A stretch of 64,000 bases of DNA from Octopus sinensis (taxonomy: Eukaryota): positions 40,176,001 to 40,240,000 of the forward strand of contig NC_042997.1 of the NCBI RefSeq assembly GCF_006345805.1. The letters run 5' to 3'. The first letter of the stretch is position 1. Each line of letters opens with the position of its first letter. A program made the position numbers and the translations under genes. Below the pieces are notes generated by a model that saw only the letters and a list, made by a program, of their open reading frames with translations, was not told the origin of the DNA and searched no databases. Shown here piece after piece: positions 11,215 to 22,825 of this stretch.

Positions 11215-11800
11215 GGAGTCTGGTTGATTATATCAGCCCCCAGTGCTCAACTGGTACTTATTTCATTGACCCTGGAAGAATGAAAGGCAAAGTCAACCTC
11301 AGAGGAATTTGAACTCAGAATGTAAAACTGGAAGAAATACAGCTAAGCATTTTGTCCAGTATGCTAATGACTGCCAGCTTGCCTCATTAATAATTACAAT
11401 AATAATCTTTTCTATTATAGGCATAAGGCCTGGAATTTTGGGAAAGGGAGACAGTTGATTACATTGACCCCAGTGCTCAACTGGTACTTATTTTATTGAC
11501 CCCTGAAATGATGAAAGGCAAAGTTGACCTCAGCAGAATTTGAACCCAGAACATAGAGACAGACGAAATACCTATTTCTTTACTACCCACAAGGGGCTAA
11601 ACACAGAGGGGACAAACAAGGACAGACAAATGGATTAAGTCGATTATATCGACCCCAGTGCTCAACTGGTACTTATTTTATTGACCCCTGAAAGGATGAA
11701 AGGCAAAGTTGACCCCGGCGGAATTTGAACTCAGAACATAGTGACGGATGGAATGCAACTAGGCATTTTGCCTGGCGTGCTAACAACTCTGCCAGCTTGC
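11215..11800 (-). mobile_element. Cluster of nested or degenerate SINE family C copies
   Basis: Repeated gatgaaaggcaaagtYgacc...gaatttgaactcagaa blocks. Confidence 0.75.
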
Positions 11801-12169
11801 CATCATAACAATGGTTTCCGGCTTAGACACAAGACCAGTAGTCTTCAGGGGAGGGGTTGGTCAGTATCATCGATCCCCTGTACTTGACTGATAGTTTATT
11901 TTGTTGATCTCAGTGGGGACAAAAGTAGACCCTGACAAGATTTTAAACTCAAAATGCAAAGAGCTGGAAGAAATACTACAAAGCAATTTTTCCACAATGT
12001 TTTTATGATTCTCAAGCATTTTACTTGACACAATTATTCTGTAAAATTTCTGCCCTAATAATAAAAATAATAATTGTTGGGCCTAACTGAGATAAGGGCT
12101 TGAGGCCTCTAGCGATTTGCTGTCAAGCTAAGTAAAATCATGGCCATCCATACATACAGGCATGTCCTT

Positions 12170-12430
12170 TATGAACCATTCCTTTCTTGTCTTGAGACGA
12201 ATATTCACCTGGGGTGGGTTGAGCTGGCTTCATTCATCCTCAATGCTGCATCTCTCACAAACGCCGACCAGGCCTGGCGATTTGAGGCTAACGACCACGT
12301 GATCTCCAACCATTCCCTATTCCAGCAGCGAACGCCATAGACATGGGGGCCTAAGCTGGGTTCCAAATCCGCCAGGTTTTTCATTGTCCACCACGTCACT
12401 TTTGCTAACCCTGAAGGGGAGCTGGGGCAA
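12170..12430 (-). mobile_element. RTE-like LINE 3' fragment
   Basis: Translates TWWTMKNLADLEPSLGPHVYGVRCWNREWLEITWSLASNRQAWSAFVRDA, an RTE-type ORF C-terminus recognised by eye. Confidence 0.65.
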
Positions 12431-13124
12431 TTGCTTTACAGATGAATTCTCCTGGTTGACGACGGAGGGCATGAATCAGTCAACGCAGACGTCTCGTTAG
12501 GATGACTTGTCGGAAAATGGACGTTAAACGATGATGATGATGATGAGGTGTTGCCTTTTATGGCATAGAGGAAAGATTAGGTCTGTCTATTATTTGGCAT
12601 GCTGGTCCCCACACAACACAAAACAATAGGGAATCTATTTAAATCTGTTCAGAAGTGTGATTTAAGGTATTTCAGATAAATTGAAATCCGAGTGCATTAT
12701 ATGCAAATATACCCGAATTTCAGTGTTAATTTTAATCTAATATTTCGTTTTTTGATTTGGTTTGCAAGATTTTACAGGTGAGTGTGTTACATTATAAGGC
12801 ACAAAAAGAAAATGACTCTCCCCAGACACAACAGAATTTAATTTAATAGCCACAGTTAAAATATTGAAAATTTCCTCTACGATACAAGGGAGACAACTAC
12901 AAATTCCAGCAAAATTGTTTTTGACGCCAAACAGTATTTAGGAAAACAAATGCTTGTATATATTAGTTTGTGATTGTTATATACATCGTAAAGATTTGAG
13001 AAATATGTACGTTGTTGTTAATTAAATCCTTTCAGCAATGTATTTTCAAAATAGTATAAGCATTGGTAAACATTTACATGTAATATGTCAATACAGAGCA
13101 ATTTGTTCCAAGCAAGATTGAATA

Positions 13125-13516
13125 CTCTTTACTCTTTTACTTGTTTCAGTCATTTGACTGCGGCCATGCTGAAGAACCGCCTTTAATCGACCAACTCGAC
13201 CCCAGGACTTATTCTTTAGTAAGCCCAGTACTTATTCTATCGGTCTCTTCTGCCGAACCGCTAAGTAACGGGAACATAAACACACCAGCATCGGTTGTCA
13301 AGCAATGCTAGGGGGACAAACACAGACACATACATATATATATACATATATACGACGGGCTTCTTTCAGTTTCCGTCTACCAAATCCACTCACATGGCTT
13401 TGGTCGGCCCGAGGCTATAGCAGAAGACACTTGCCCAAGGTGCCACGCAGTGGGACTGAACCCGGAACCATGTGGTTGGTTAGCACGCTACTTACCACAC
13501 AGCCACTCCTGCGCCT
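13125..13516 (-). mobile_element. SINE family A, full length
   Basis: Reverse complement of the family A consensus. Confidence 0.85.
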
Positions 13517-14104
13517 ATATGTGATAAAATTTTATAAAAGTATTTGTACAATTGGGTAATATTTCAGCGCAAAAGATAGTTCTGTCTTTATTCTTATACA
13601 ACTTGAAAGCACAGCAAACAAGAAGGAAAATTAGTTATACAACAGAAGAGCAATTTAATCAAAGGGTCACAATTCTGGCATCTGAATGAAGAATTCATTC
13701 GAGTTTTTCCTTTATTTTTATATATTTTGGAATCTGATTAAGAAAAAAAAGTAACTTTAAATAAACAAATCAAAATTTGTTAGATGTTGTTTTCATAGAA
13801 ACTGGGAAATTTTACAATGTTTTAGCTTTTCTTGAATGTTTACACACACACACACACCCGTTTACGTTTAATCCAAGTGCGCCCATCACCAAGAAGGAAT
13901 AAAATCTAGCACACCAGACAAAACACTAAGCAGCATTTCGTCAGTCTTCATGTTCTGAGTTCAAATTCTTCCAAAGTCGACTTTGACTTTCAGGGTCCAT
14001 AAAGTAAGTACCAGTTGAGTACTGAGATCGATGTAATAGACTAGCTTCAGTACATTTTTGGTTAACTCACCTCCATTAAAAAAAACTGGGTTAGCTCCCC
14101 ACTA

Positions 14105-14200
14105 AAAAATTGAGTTTATGTGACAAGAGACGGAATTAAAAGAGATCTTTTTGATTCAATACTTCAACACATTGTTGACATTTGGCCTCCTCAATAGGCA
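14105..14200 (+). pseudogene. Third Merlin fragment (C-terminus)
   Basis: gagtttatgtgacaagag...tttttgattcaatacttcaacacattgttgacatttggcctcctcaataggca matches the 3' end of the other two copies. Confidence 0.65.
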
Positions 14201-14237
14201 TGGTATGGTTTCTTATATATATATATATATATATATA

Positions 14238-14536
14238 CTAGCAGTATTGCCCGGCGTTGCTCGGGTTTGTAAGGGAAATAACTATATAAGCATTTTTAGA
14301 GAGTTACTTTCCTTATATAATAGCAAAATATGCATTAAAAATGGGAAAAAAATGATGGTAAATTTTTTTTTAAATCGTAGACTCATCGTAGACGCGTGCT
14401 AATACCCAGAAGGGCTCGATATGAATCACGACTATAAGATACCCGGTTTTGGTTAAACTGCACCGCAAAATGTGGGAGTAGTTAGGAATCTAAATCATAG
14501 GAGACAGACACACAACTTCACTTTTATATATAAAGA
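14238..14536 (-). mobile_element. Non-autonomous Helitron H1, internally deleted
   Basis: Same termini as 7566-7961; lacks about 100 bp of interior. Confidence 0.85.
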
Positions 14537-15186
14537 TATATTTCTTTATTGCCCACAAGGGGCTAAACATAGAGGAGACAAACAAGGACAGACAAAAGGA
14601 TTAAGTCGATTACATCTACCCCAGTGCATAACTGGTACTTTATCGACCCTGAAAGGATGAAAGGCAAAGTCGACCTATTATTAATTTTTTCAGTTTTGTA
14701 GGATTTGTTATAAAAAATATTATCAGATTCAACAAGAGATGTTTCCTCTTCACTTGAGTTCTTTTAATTTGGTTTATCACCCATATACAAAAACCATCAA
14801 CTTTTTTTCAAGTAAGCTTTATCTATGTCTTATCTTATTAATTTTTCTTGAGATTAATTAACATTTAGGACATTTTAAGAATTAATATAAATACTATCTT
14901 CATAGTATACAACAAATGTCACAATTTTTAAGATGTGTCGTAGAGTTAAATCTTAATAATTATTCTCTTTTCGAGAAAGCTTTTTCGAAGATAGTTCAGT
15001 CGGGAAGAGTCCATTTGCAAACACACACACACACACACATTATATACATATATATATATGTATTTCTTTACTGCCCACAAGGGGCTAAGCAAGGACAAAG
15101 GGATTAAGTTGATTACATCAACCCCTGTGCGTAACTGGTACTTAATTTATCGACCCCGAAAGGATGAAAGGCAAAGTCGACTTCGG

Positions 15187-15610
15187 CTATATATATAGGC
15201 GCAGGAGTGGCTGTGTGGTAAGTAGCTTGCTAACCAACCACATGGTTCCGGGTTCAGTCCCATTGCGTGGCACCTTGGGCAAGTGTCTTCTACTATAGCC
15301 TCGGGCCGAACAAAGCCTTGTGAGTGGATTTGGTAGATGGAAACTGAACGAAGCCCGTCGTATATATCTGTGTATATATATATATATATATATATGTGTG
15401 TATGTTTATGTGTCTGTGTTTGTCCCTCCAACATCGCTTGACAACCGATGCTGGTGTGCTTGCGTCTCTGTAACTTAGCGGTTCGGCAAAAGAGACCGAT
15501 AGAGTAAGTACCAGGCTTAGAAAGAATAAGTCCTGGGGTCGATTTGCCCGACTAAAGGCAGTGCTCCAGCATGGCCGCAGTCAAATGACTGAAACAAGTA
15601 AAAGAGTAAG
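15187..15610 (+). mobile_element. SINE family A, full length
   Basis: Family A head, microsatellite and tail. Confidence 0.85.
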
Positions 15611-16182
15611 GAGTATACAGTCTCACTGAGAAGAGGTGGGGTCAGCCAGGGCAGTGGCCTAAGGCCCTGGAATGTAAGCAGCCCACAAACCGGATGCGGA
15701 AAAAATATGAGGGTGTACCTTAAATAAATTTAAAAGAAACCAAGACAGTAAACGAAAGAAGCTTGTCAACGAATTCTCCAGGGAAATAGAGGGAAAATGA
15801 AAGACATCAAGGAAAATATAAATAAAGACAACCTGAACAATTTCAACAGAAACGATGAAAACGAGGCAATGGTGATGTAAGGTGTGGCATATACATATAT
15901 ATATACATACAAACACAAACATTTACACCCACAGGTTCGGCGTTGGTGATTGGCAAGGTTGGAAAGGTGGCCAGTATTTAATCTTTCTAGGTAATATAAT
16001 ATGGAGACAAAATTCTCTCCTTGCCAAAAACAAAAAAGAAATCATGTCAGCATCCTTATAGGCACATATACACACACTTAAATAAAAACGCATGCATGTT
16101 TACAAACATATATATGTATAACTATATACACAGGTAAATGTATGTATGTATATGTATATATGTGTGTGTATATATATATATA

Positions 16183-16390
16183 ATGCCATGATAGATCGTT
16201 AGCTCCTACACGCATTTTTTTCTCTCCTTGTTTCTCTCTCTTTTTTTTCTGTGTATCTTTCTGTCGAAGAGCGTAAGCTCGAAACGTAAAAGACTTGTTT
16301 TATTTATATTCCTGAGCGCCATACTAATACAATTGTTTGTTTGTACTCCACCTGCCTTCGTCTTTTGTTTATTTTCGTAAACCTTCCCGG
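16183..16390 (+). mobile_element. Module of about 208 bp between (TA)n tracts with a minimal hammerhead-like fold (Penelope pLTR / retrozyme-like)
   Basis: See finding at 16256-16293. (TA)n on both sides. Confidence 0.55.
16256..16293 (+). ncRNA. Minimal type-I hammerhead-like motif with variant core CUGUCGA
   Basis: UCUUU-CUGUCGA-A-GAGC(GUAA)GCUC-GAAAC-GUA-AAAGA. Confidence 0.5.
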
Positions 16391-16406
16391 TATATATATA
16401 TATATA

Positions 16407-16612
16407 TCATCATCATCATTTAGCGTCCGTTTTCCATGCTAGCATGGGTTGGACGGTTTAACTGGGGTCTGTGAAGCCGGAAGGCTTCAGCAGGCCCAGT
16501 CAGATTTGGCAGTGTTTCTACGGCTGGATGCCCTTCCTAACGCCAACCACTCCGTGAGTGTAGTGGGTGCTTTTTACGTGCCACCTGCACAGGTGCCAGA
16601 CAGATCTGGCAA
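16407..16612 (-). mobile_element. SINE-like family B
   Basis: Family B tail and core. Confidence 0.8.
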
Positions 16613-16724
16613 ACATATATATATATATATTATACACAGACACATAATAAACATGGAAAGGAAAAAGATGAAACATTGTATTGAATCTAATAATATTTTT
16701 ATAACAAATCATATTAAAAAAAGA

Positions 16725-17215
16725 TTAAACATCTTATTGAATGCCTATTGAGGAGGCTATTGAATCAAAAGTATCTAACCCTTTTAATCCAAACTCTTGT
16801 CACATAAACATGAGTGTATGAGTCCAGTAGACCTCGGTAAGTGCCATTTTGTCTTTTATGATTTTTCTTTAGCACTCTTCCAAAGTCTTTCAATATTTTG
16901 GGTGTGAGCTCCATTAGTAGAATTGACAAAGGGTAGAGAATAATTCTCAGTGAAATGTTGAAAATGACCAATATTAATCATATACTTTTACATGCTGGCC
17001 TTTCGTCGCGTATAATAGTAGTAACTGGTCTTATATTATCTTCTGTTATTGGAGGAAGTGTTGTTGCGGACTTGTCAGGGACAATAAACATGAAACACTT
17101 TCGTTTCTCTATAAATACCTCCAAAAACCCATTGTTGAGGCTGTTGATGTCTAACGCAATTTATCCTTTTAGTGAACATACTTTCAATAAATTTCAACTG
17201 TCCGAACGTGACCGT
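16725..17215 (-). pseudogene. Merlin (IS1595/ISXO2-like DDE) transposase remnant
   Basis: Translates VEI..SMFTKR...QQWVFGGIYRETK.CFMFIVPDKSATTL...GAHTQNIERLWKSAKEK.KRQNGTYRGLLDSY, with frameshifts. Confidence 0.8.
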
Positions 17216-17222
17216 AACCAGC

Positions 17223-17491
17223 GCCGCCCTGACTGGCCTCCGTGCTGGTGGCACGTAAAAAGCACCATTCGATCATGGCCGTTTGCCAGCCTCGTCTGGC
17301 ACCTGTGCAGGTGGCACATAAAAAGCACCCACTACACTCTCGGAGTGGTTGGTGTTAGGAAGGGCATCCAGCCGTAGAAACATTGCCAGATCAGACTGGG
17401 CCTGGCGCAGCCTCCTGGCTTCGCAGACCCCAGTTGAACCGTCCAACCCATGCTAGCATGGAAAGCGGACGCTAAACGATGATGATGATGA
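17223..17491 (+). mobile_element. SINE-like family B (opposite orientation to 16407-16612)
   Basis: Ends ccaacccatgctagcatggaaagcggacgctaaacgatgatgatg. Confidence 0.8.
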
Positions 17492-17763
17492 TTCCTCCGA
17501 TCACTCTTGGGTTAGCCAAAATGTGTGCAGCACAAACCTATCTCAAATAGTTATCCAAGTCAACAATGCAGTTGTCTTTCATTTCAAGCTCACATTCACA
17601 AAATTTGATACTTGTTATGTTGTGCTGGGCACACAACATGACAAGTATCAAATTCTGTGAACATGAACTTCAAATGAAAGCCAATTGCATTGTTGGCTGG
17701 AATAACTATTTGAGATAAGTTTGTGCTGCAACTACCTCAACGATGTGTTTTTGGAGATATTTA

Positions 17764-17929
17764 TAGGCGCAGGAGTGGCTGTGTGGTAAGTAGCTTGCTA
17801 ACCAACAACATGGTTCCGGGTTCAGTCCCACTGCGTGGCATCTTGGGCAAGTGTCTTCTGCTATAGTCCCGGGCCGACCAATGCCTTGTGAGTGGATTTG
17901 GTAGACGGAAACTGAAAGCCTTCTCATAT

Positions 17930-17973
<44 letters not shown>

Positions 17974-18184
17974 GTGTTGTGTTTGTGTGTCTGCGTTTGT
18001 CTCCCTAGCATTGCTTGACAACCGATGCTGGTGTGTTTACGTCTCCGTCACTTAGCGGTTCGGCAAAAGAGACCGATAGAATAAGTACTGGGCTTACAAA
18101 GAATAAGTCCCGGGGTCGATTTGCTCGACTAAAGGCAGTGCTCCAGCATGGCCGCAGTCAAATGACTGAAACGAGTAAAAGAGT
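17764..18184 (+). mobile_element. SINE family A, full length
   Basis: Family A head, microsatellite and tail. Confidence 0.85.
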
Positions 18185-18185
18185 A

Positions 18186-18540
18186 AACGAAAGTGTTTCA
18201 TGTTTATTGTCCCAGACAAGTCTGCAATAAAGACTTCCTCCAATAACAGAAGATAATATAAGACCAGTTACTACTATCATAAGCGATGAATTGCCAATTA
18301 ATATTGGTCATTTTCAACATTTCACAATGAATCATTCTCTACACCGAAAATATTGAAAGTCTTTGGAAGAATGCTAAAGAAAAAAATAAAAGACAAAATG
18401 GCACTCACAGATGTCTGTTTTCTTATGTGGCAACAAGAGATTAGATTAAAAAGGGTTAGATCCTTTTGATTCAATACTTCAACACATTGACTATTGTTGC
18501 CTTTTGGCCTCCTCAATAGGCATTCAATAAGATGTTTAAA
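18186..18540 (+). pseudogene. Second Merlin transposase remnant, inverted relative to 16725-17215
   Basis: High similarity to the reverse complement of copy 1 (CFMFIVPDKS...NIESLWKNAKEKNKRQNGTH...DPFDSILQHI). Confidence 0.8.
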
Positions 18541-18786
18541 TATATCAGTGTGTGTGTGTGTGTGATACTCTTTTAGTGGTTTGTCATTTTGACTGTGGCC
18601 ATGCTGGATCACCACCTTAAAGGGTGTTAGTCGAAGAAATTGACACCAGGACTTATTCTTTGTAAGCCTAGTATTTGTTCTATTGGTTTCATTTGCTGAA
18701 CCGCCAAGTTATGGGGATGTAAACATACCAGCATCGATTGTCAAGCGATGGCGGGGAAGGGGGACAAACACAGACACACACATATA

Positions 18787-19940
18787 TCTCTTATTATAAA
18801 AGGCAGATTTTATCTGCCTCCCTTTGGGAGTTATACAAATCTACAATATAGGATTTCTTCAATTACAATTTACCTAGCATTTTTAAGAGTACAATGCATC
18901 GCGTCATGCCAGGTCCAGTTTTTAAAATTTAAACTCCAATTAAGCAAAATTTACAGAAAACTCACTCACATTCTGGTGTGTGTGTCAAATGCTTTTCTTA
19001 GTCTGGTTTACACCACACGCAAACGCACACACACAGTGTGCGACGAATAAAATGAAAGTAAATAGCGACAGAGTGATTTGAGGAAGACTAAACTGAAAGT
19101 ATTTAAACCACTACTCAAAAAATAAAAAAACACAGCAAACAGAAACAAATAATACATAACCATTTACTCCTCACACAATTTCTTCAATTAGAATTTACCT
19201 AAGATTTTTCAGAGTACTTCAGTGGGTGATGCCATAAAAAATTTCTTTCAATTTTACCACCAATTAAGACAAAATTCGAGAAAACTCAATATTTTTAACA
19301 TCATCACTCCGAAAGCATTGATGTACATGTGTGCGTGCGTGAGTGTGTGTGTGTCATTCCTCACACACCGCATATACATACATATACAACTACATACACA
19401 TACAACTACATACAAACACGTGTGTGTTTGTTATTAGTAAAAAAGGCGCCAAAACTCAACTCACTTATCATTCCAACACATTTGCAAAGACACACGGACG
19501 GACAGAAAAGGTAAATTGGTTTTTATTTACTCTGTATATATTTTATTATATAATATTATATATAGATATATGTATATATAATTGCAGTATGAAACAGTGT
19601 TTATGTATAACAACGACACTTATATATAGTTACCAAGCCGCCCGAATTACCTATTCATATTTAAATGAGAATATCAGAGCAAATCTCTTTAGTACATTCG
19701 TGAAAACACATATTATACTTCGTAAACACTTCAACTACAGTTTTGTACAAAAATCGAAGTGTAATTTTAATTCCGTGAATTATGGGAGATTTTTTTCCGA
19801 AATTTGTTCCTATTGTGTTTTCAAAATTTGTAATTCTGACAAAAAATGGATACCAATTTCATTATATCAAGCAGCGAGTCAGAATTCGAAGGATTTTCTA
19901 CTGAAGACCTTCATAAATCTAACTCTATGACTGAAAACAA
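18787..19940 (+). mobile_element. Possible further Helitron-like repeat (5' end only recognised)
   Basis: Starts a|TCtcttattataaaaggc. No CTAG or hairpin 3' end was found. Confidence 0.3.
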
Positions 19941-19947
19941 AAAAGCA

Positions 19948-20290
19948 TCTTTATATAAGAGTGAAGTTGTGTGTCTGTCTCCTACGATTTAGATTCCTAA
20001 CTACTCCCACATTTTGCGGTGCAGTTTAACCAAAAGCGGGTATCTTATAGTCGTGATTCATATCGAGCCCTTCTGGGTATTAGCGTGCGTCTACAATGAG
20101 TCTACAATTTAAAAAAAATTTACCATCATATTTTTCCATTTTAATGCATTTTTTTCGCTTTTATATAAGGGAAGTAACTCTCTAAAAATATCTACGATGT
20201 GTCAACGATTTAAAAAAAAATTTACCTTAATTTTTTTTCAATTTTTAATGCATTTTTTTGCTATTTTTTGGCTATAACTCTCTAAAAATG
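19948..20290 (+). mobile_element. Non-autonomous Helitron H1, 3'-truncated, with an internal duplication
   Basis: Begins a|tctttatataagagtgaagttgtgtg and is cut off by a family B SINE. Confidence 0.8.
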
Positions 20291-21118
20291 CTGGCATGGG
20301 TTGGACGGTGCAACTGGGGTCTGGGAAGCCAGAAGGCTGCACCAGGCCCAGTCTGATCTGGCAATATTTCTACAGCTGGATGCCCTTCCTAACGCCAACC
20401 ACTCCATGAGTGTAGTAGGTGCTTTTTACGTGCCACTGGCACAGGTGCCAGACGAGGCTGGCAAACGGCCACAAGCGGATGGTGCTTTTTACGTGCCACC
20501 GGCACGGAGGCCAGGCGAGGCTGGCAATGGCCATGATTGGATGGTGCTTTTTACATGGGGCTTCTTTCAGTTTCCATCTATCAAATCCACTCACAAGGCT
20601 TTGGTTGATCTGAGGCTATAGAAGACACTTGCCCAAGGTGCCACACAGTGGAACTGAACCCGGAACTATGAGGTTGGGAAGCAAGCTTCTTACCACACAC
20701 AAATATTGCAAACTAGCAGAATTGCGAGCACACTGGACAAAATGCTTAGCAACATTTCGTCCATGTTTACGTGCTGAGTTCAAATTCCAATAAAGCCAAC
20801 TTTGCATTTCATTCTTTCAGGGCAGACAAAAACTAAGTACCAGTTGAATACTGGGATTGATGTAACTGACTTACCCTGCCCCTTCCCCCACTAAATTGCT
20901 GGTTTTGTACCAAAATTTGAAACCATACACACACACACACAGGGTGTCCATAAATTATCTTTACAATTTGAAAAATTCAGAAAAAAGTGAAAAATAAGGA
21001 GGATAACTCAGCAGAGTTTATCGGCAACCAAACAATTTTGTTTGAAACAGCAGAACACTTCCAAGTGAGCTCTATTGGTTGCATACAACACATCTAGAGA
21101 ATACAGTAAAATAAACTT

Positions 21119-21318
21119 TCTCTTTTACTTGTTTCAGTCATTCGACTGCGGCCATGCTGGAGCACTGCCTTTAGTCGAGCAAATCGACCCCGGGACTTGT
21201 TCTTTGTAAGCCCAGTACTTATTCTATCGGTCTCTTTTGCCGAACCGCTAAGTGACGGGGACGTAAACACACCAGCATCGGTTGTCAAGCAATGCTAGGG
21301 GGACAAACACAGATACAA

Positions 21319-21373
<55 letters not shown>

Positions 21374-21540
21374 CGACAGGCTTCTTTCAGTTTCCGTCTA
21401 CCAAATCCACTCACAAGGCATTGGTCGGCCCGGGGCTATAGCAGAAGACACTTGCCCAAGATGCCACACAGTGGGATTGAACCCAGAACCATGTGGCTGG
21501 TTAGCAAGCTACTTACCACACAGCCACTCCTGCGCCTATA
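21119..21540 (-). mobile_element. SINE family A, full length
   Basis: Reverse complement of the family A consensus. Confidence 0.85.
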
Positions 21541-22825
21541 AGCTGTGGAAGTTGTGAAGATAATTTATGAACACCTTGTAATAGATATCCCATAGGTTTC
21601 ATTTTAATATCCACTTTTCCATGCTTGAATGTATCAGATGGAAGTTGTTGGAGACAGATTTTCCATGGCCAGCTGTCTTCCTGTTGCGAGCCCCCATCTG
21701 TTTCCAAACAGAAATTAATATTTCTCTACAGCCAGAAATGTTTTTGTGGAAGACTGGGAACAAACGACACTGGTTGTAAGACAGTGACACTCAGAGCTTT
21801 TGCTTGATGTCAGACACACTCACTCACACATCCTTTGCTTGTTTCAGTCATTTGACTGTGGCCATGAAGAGGTATCACCTTTTAGGGTTTTAGTGGAACA
21901 AATCGACCCCATACTTAGGTTTTGTTTTTTAAAGCCTGTTTCTTGTTCTATTGGTCTCTTTTGCCAAACTGCTGAATTACGGGGACGTAAACAAACCAAC
22001 ACTGTTCGTCAAGCACTAGTGGGGACCAGGAACAAACAAAATCTTGCACACACATATATAAATATAATATTTCTTTATTGCCCACAAGGGGCTAAACATA
22101 GAGGAGACAAACAAAGACAGACAAAGGGATTAAGTCGATTACATCGACCTCAGTGTGAAACTGGTACTTAATTTATCGACCCTGAAAGGATGAAAGGCAA
22201 AGTCGACCTCGGCGGAATTTGAACTCAGAATGTAACAACAGACTATACAATGGGCTCTCCTCCATCTACCAAATACATTCACAAGGCTTTGATTTTCCAA
22301 GGGCTAGATACTTGCTCAAGGTTTTCTTGGGAAGAAAACTGTGCATGTGTGCATGTATGCTTGCATACATACACGTAAGTATTGTAATTTACAATATTAA
22401 TTACTTGAGAAAAGTTTTAGTTTATTTTTGACTTCACTCCAAAGTTTATCAGTCAACTGATTTGCAAATTCATTCTGTGGTCAAGAAACCCGTTGTTTAA
22501 ACTGTTACATATGGTGACTTATGTAGTAGAATAATAATATTGATTGTAAAGGAGTCAATAAAATAAATCCCAGACATGTACAAAGGAGGACTGAATCTAC
22601 CCTAGTTTTCTTTAACTATGTTACAGCGTAAGAAACAAAAAAATATTGATTTGTAACATTGAGACACCTGGTTTCACGTAATTGCATGAGTTACAAGAAA
22701 TAGCAGCTAAATTACCTAACAGTTTAAAAAGAAACTAAGACGAGACTGGAATGCTTGGAACATGGATCTGGCCTAGTCAGAAATGAACAAAGTCTAAACT
22801 GCAACACTTGGTACTTTTTCTATCG

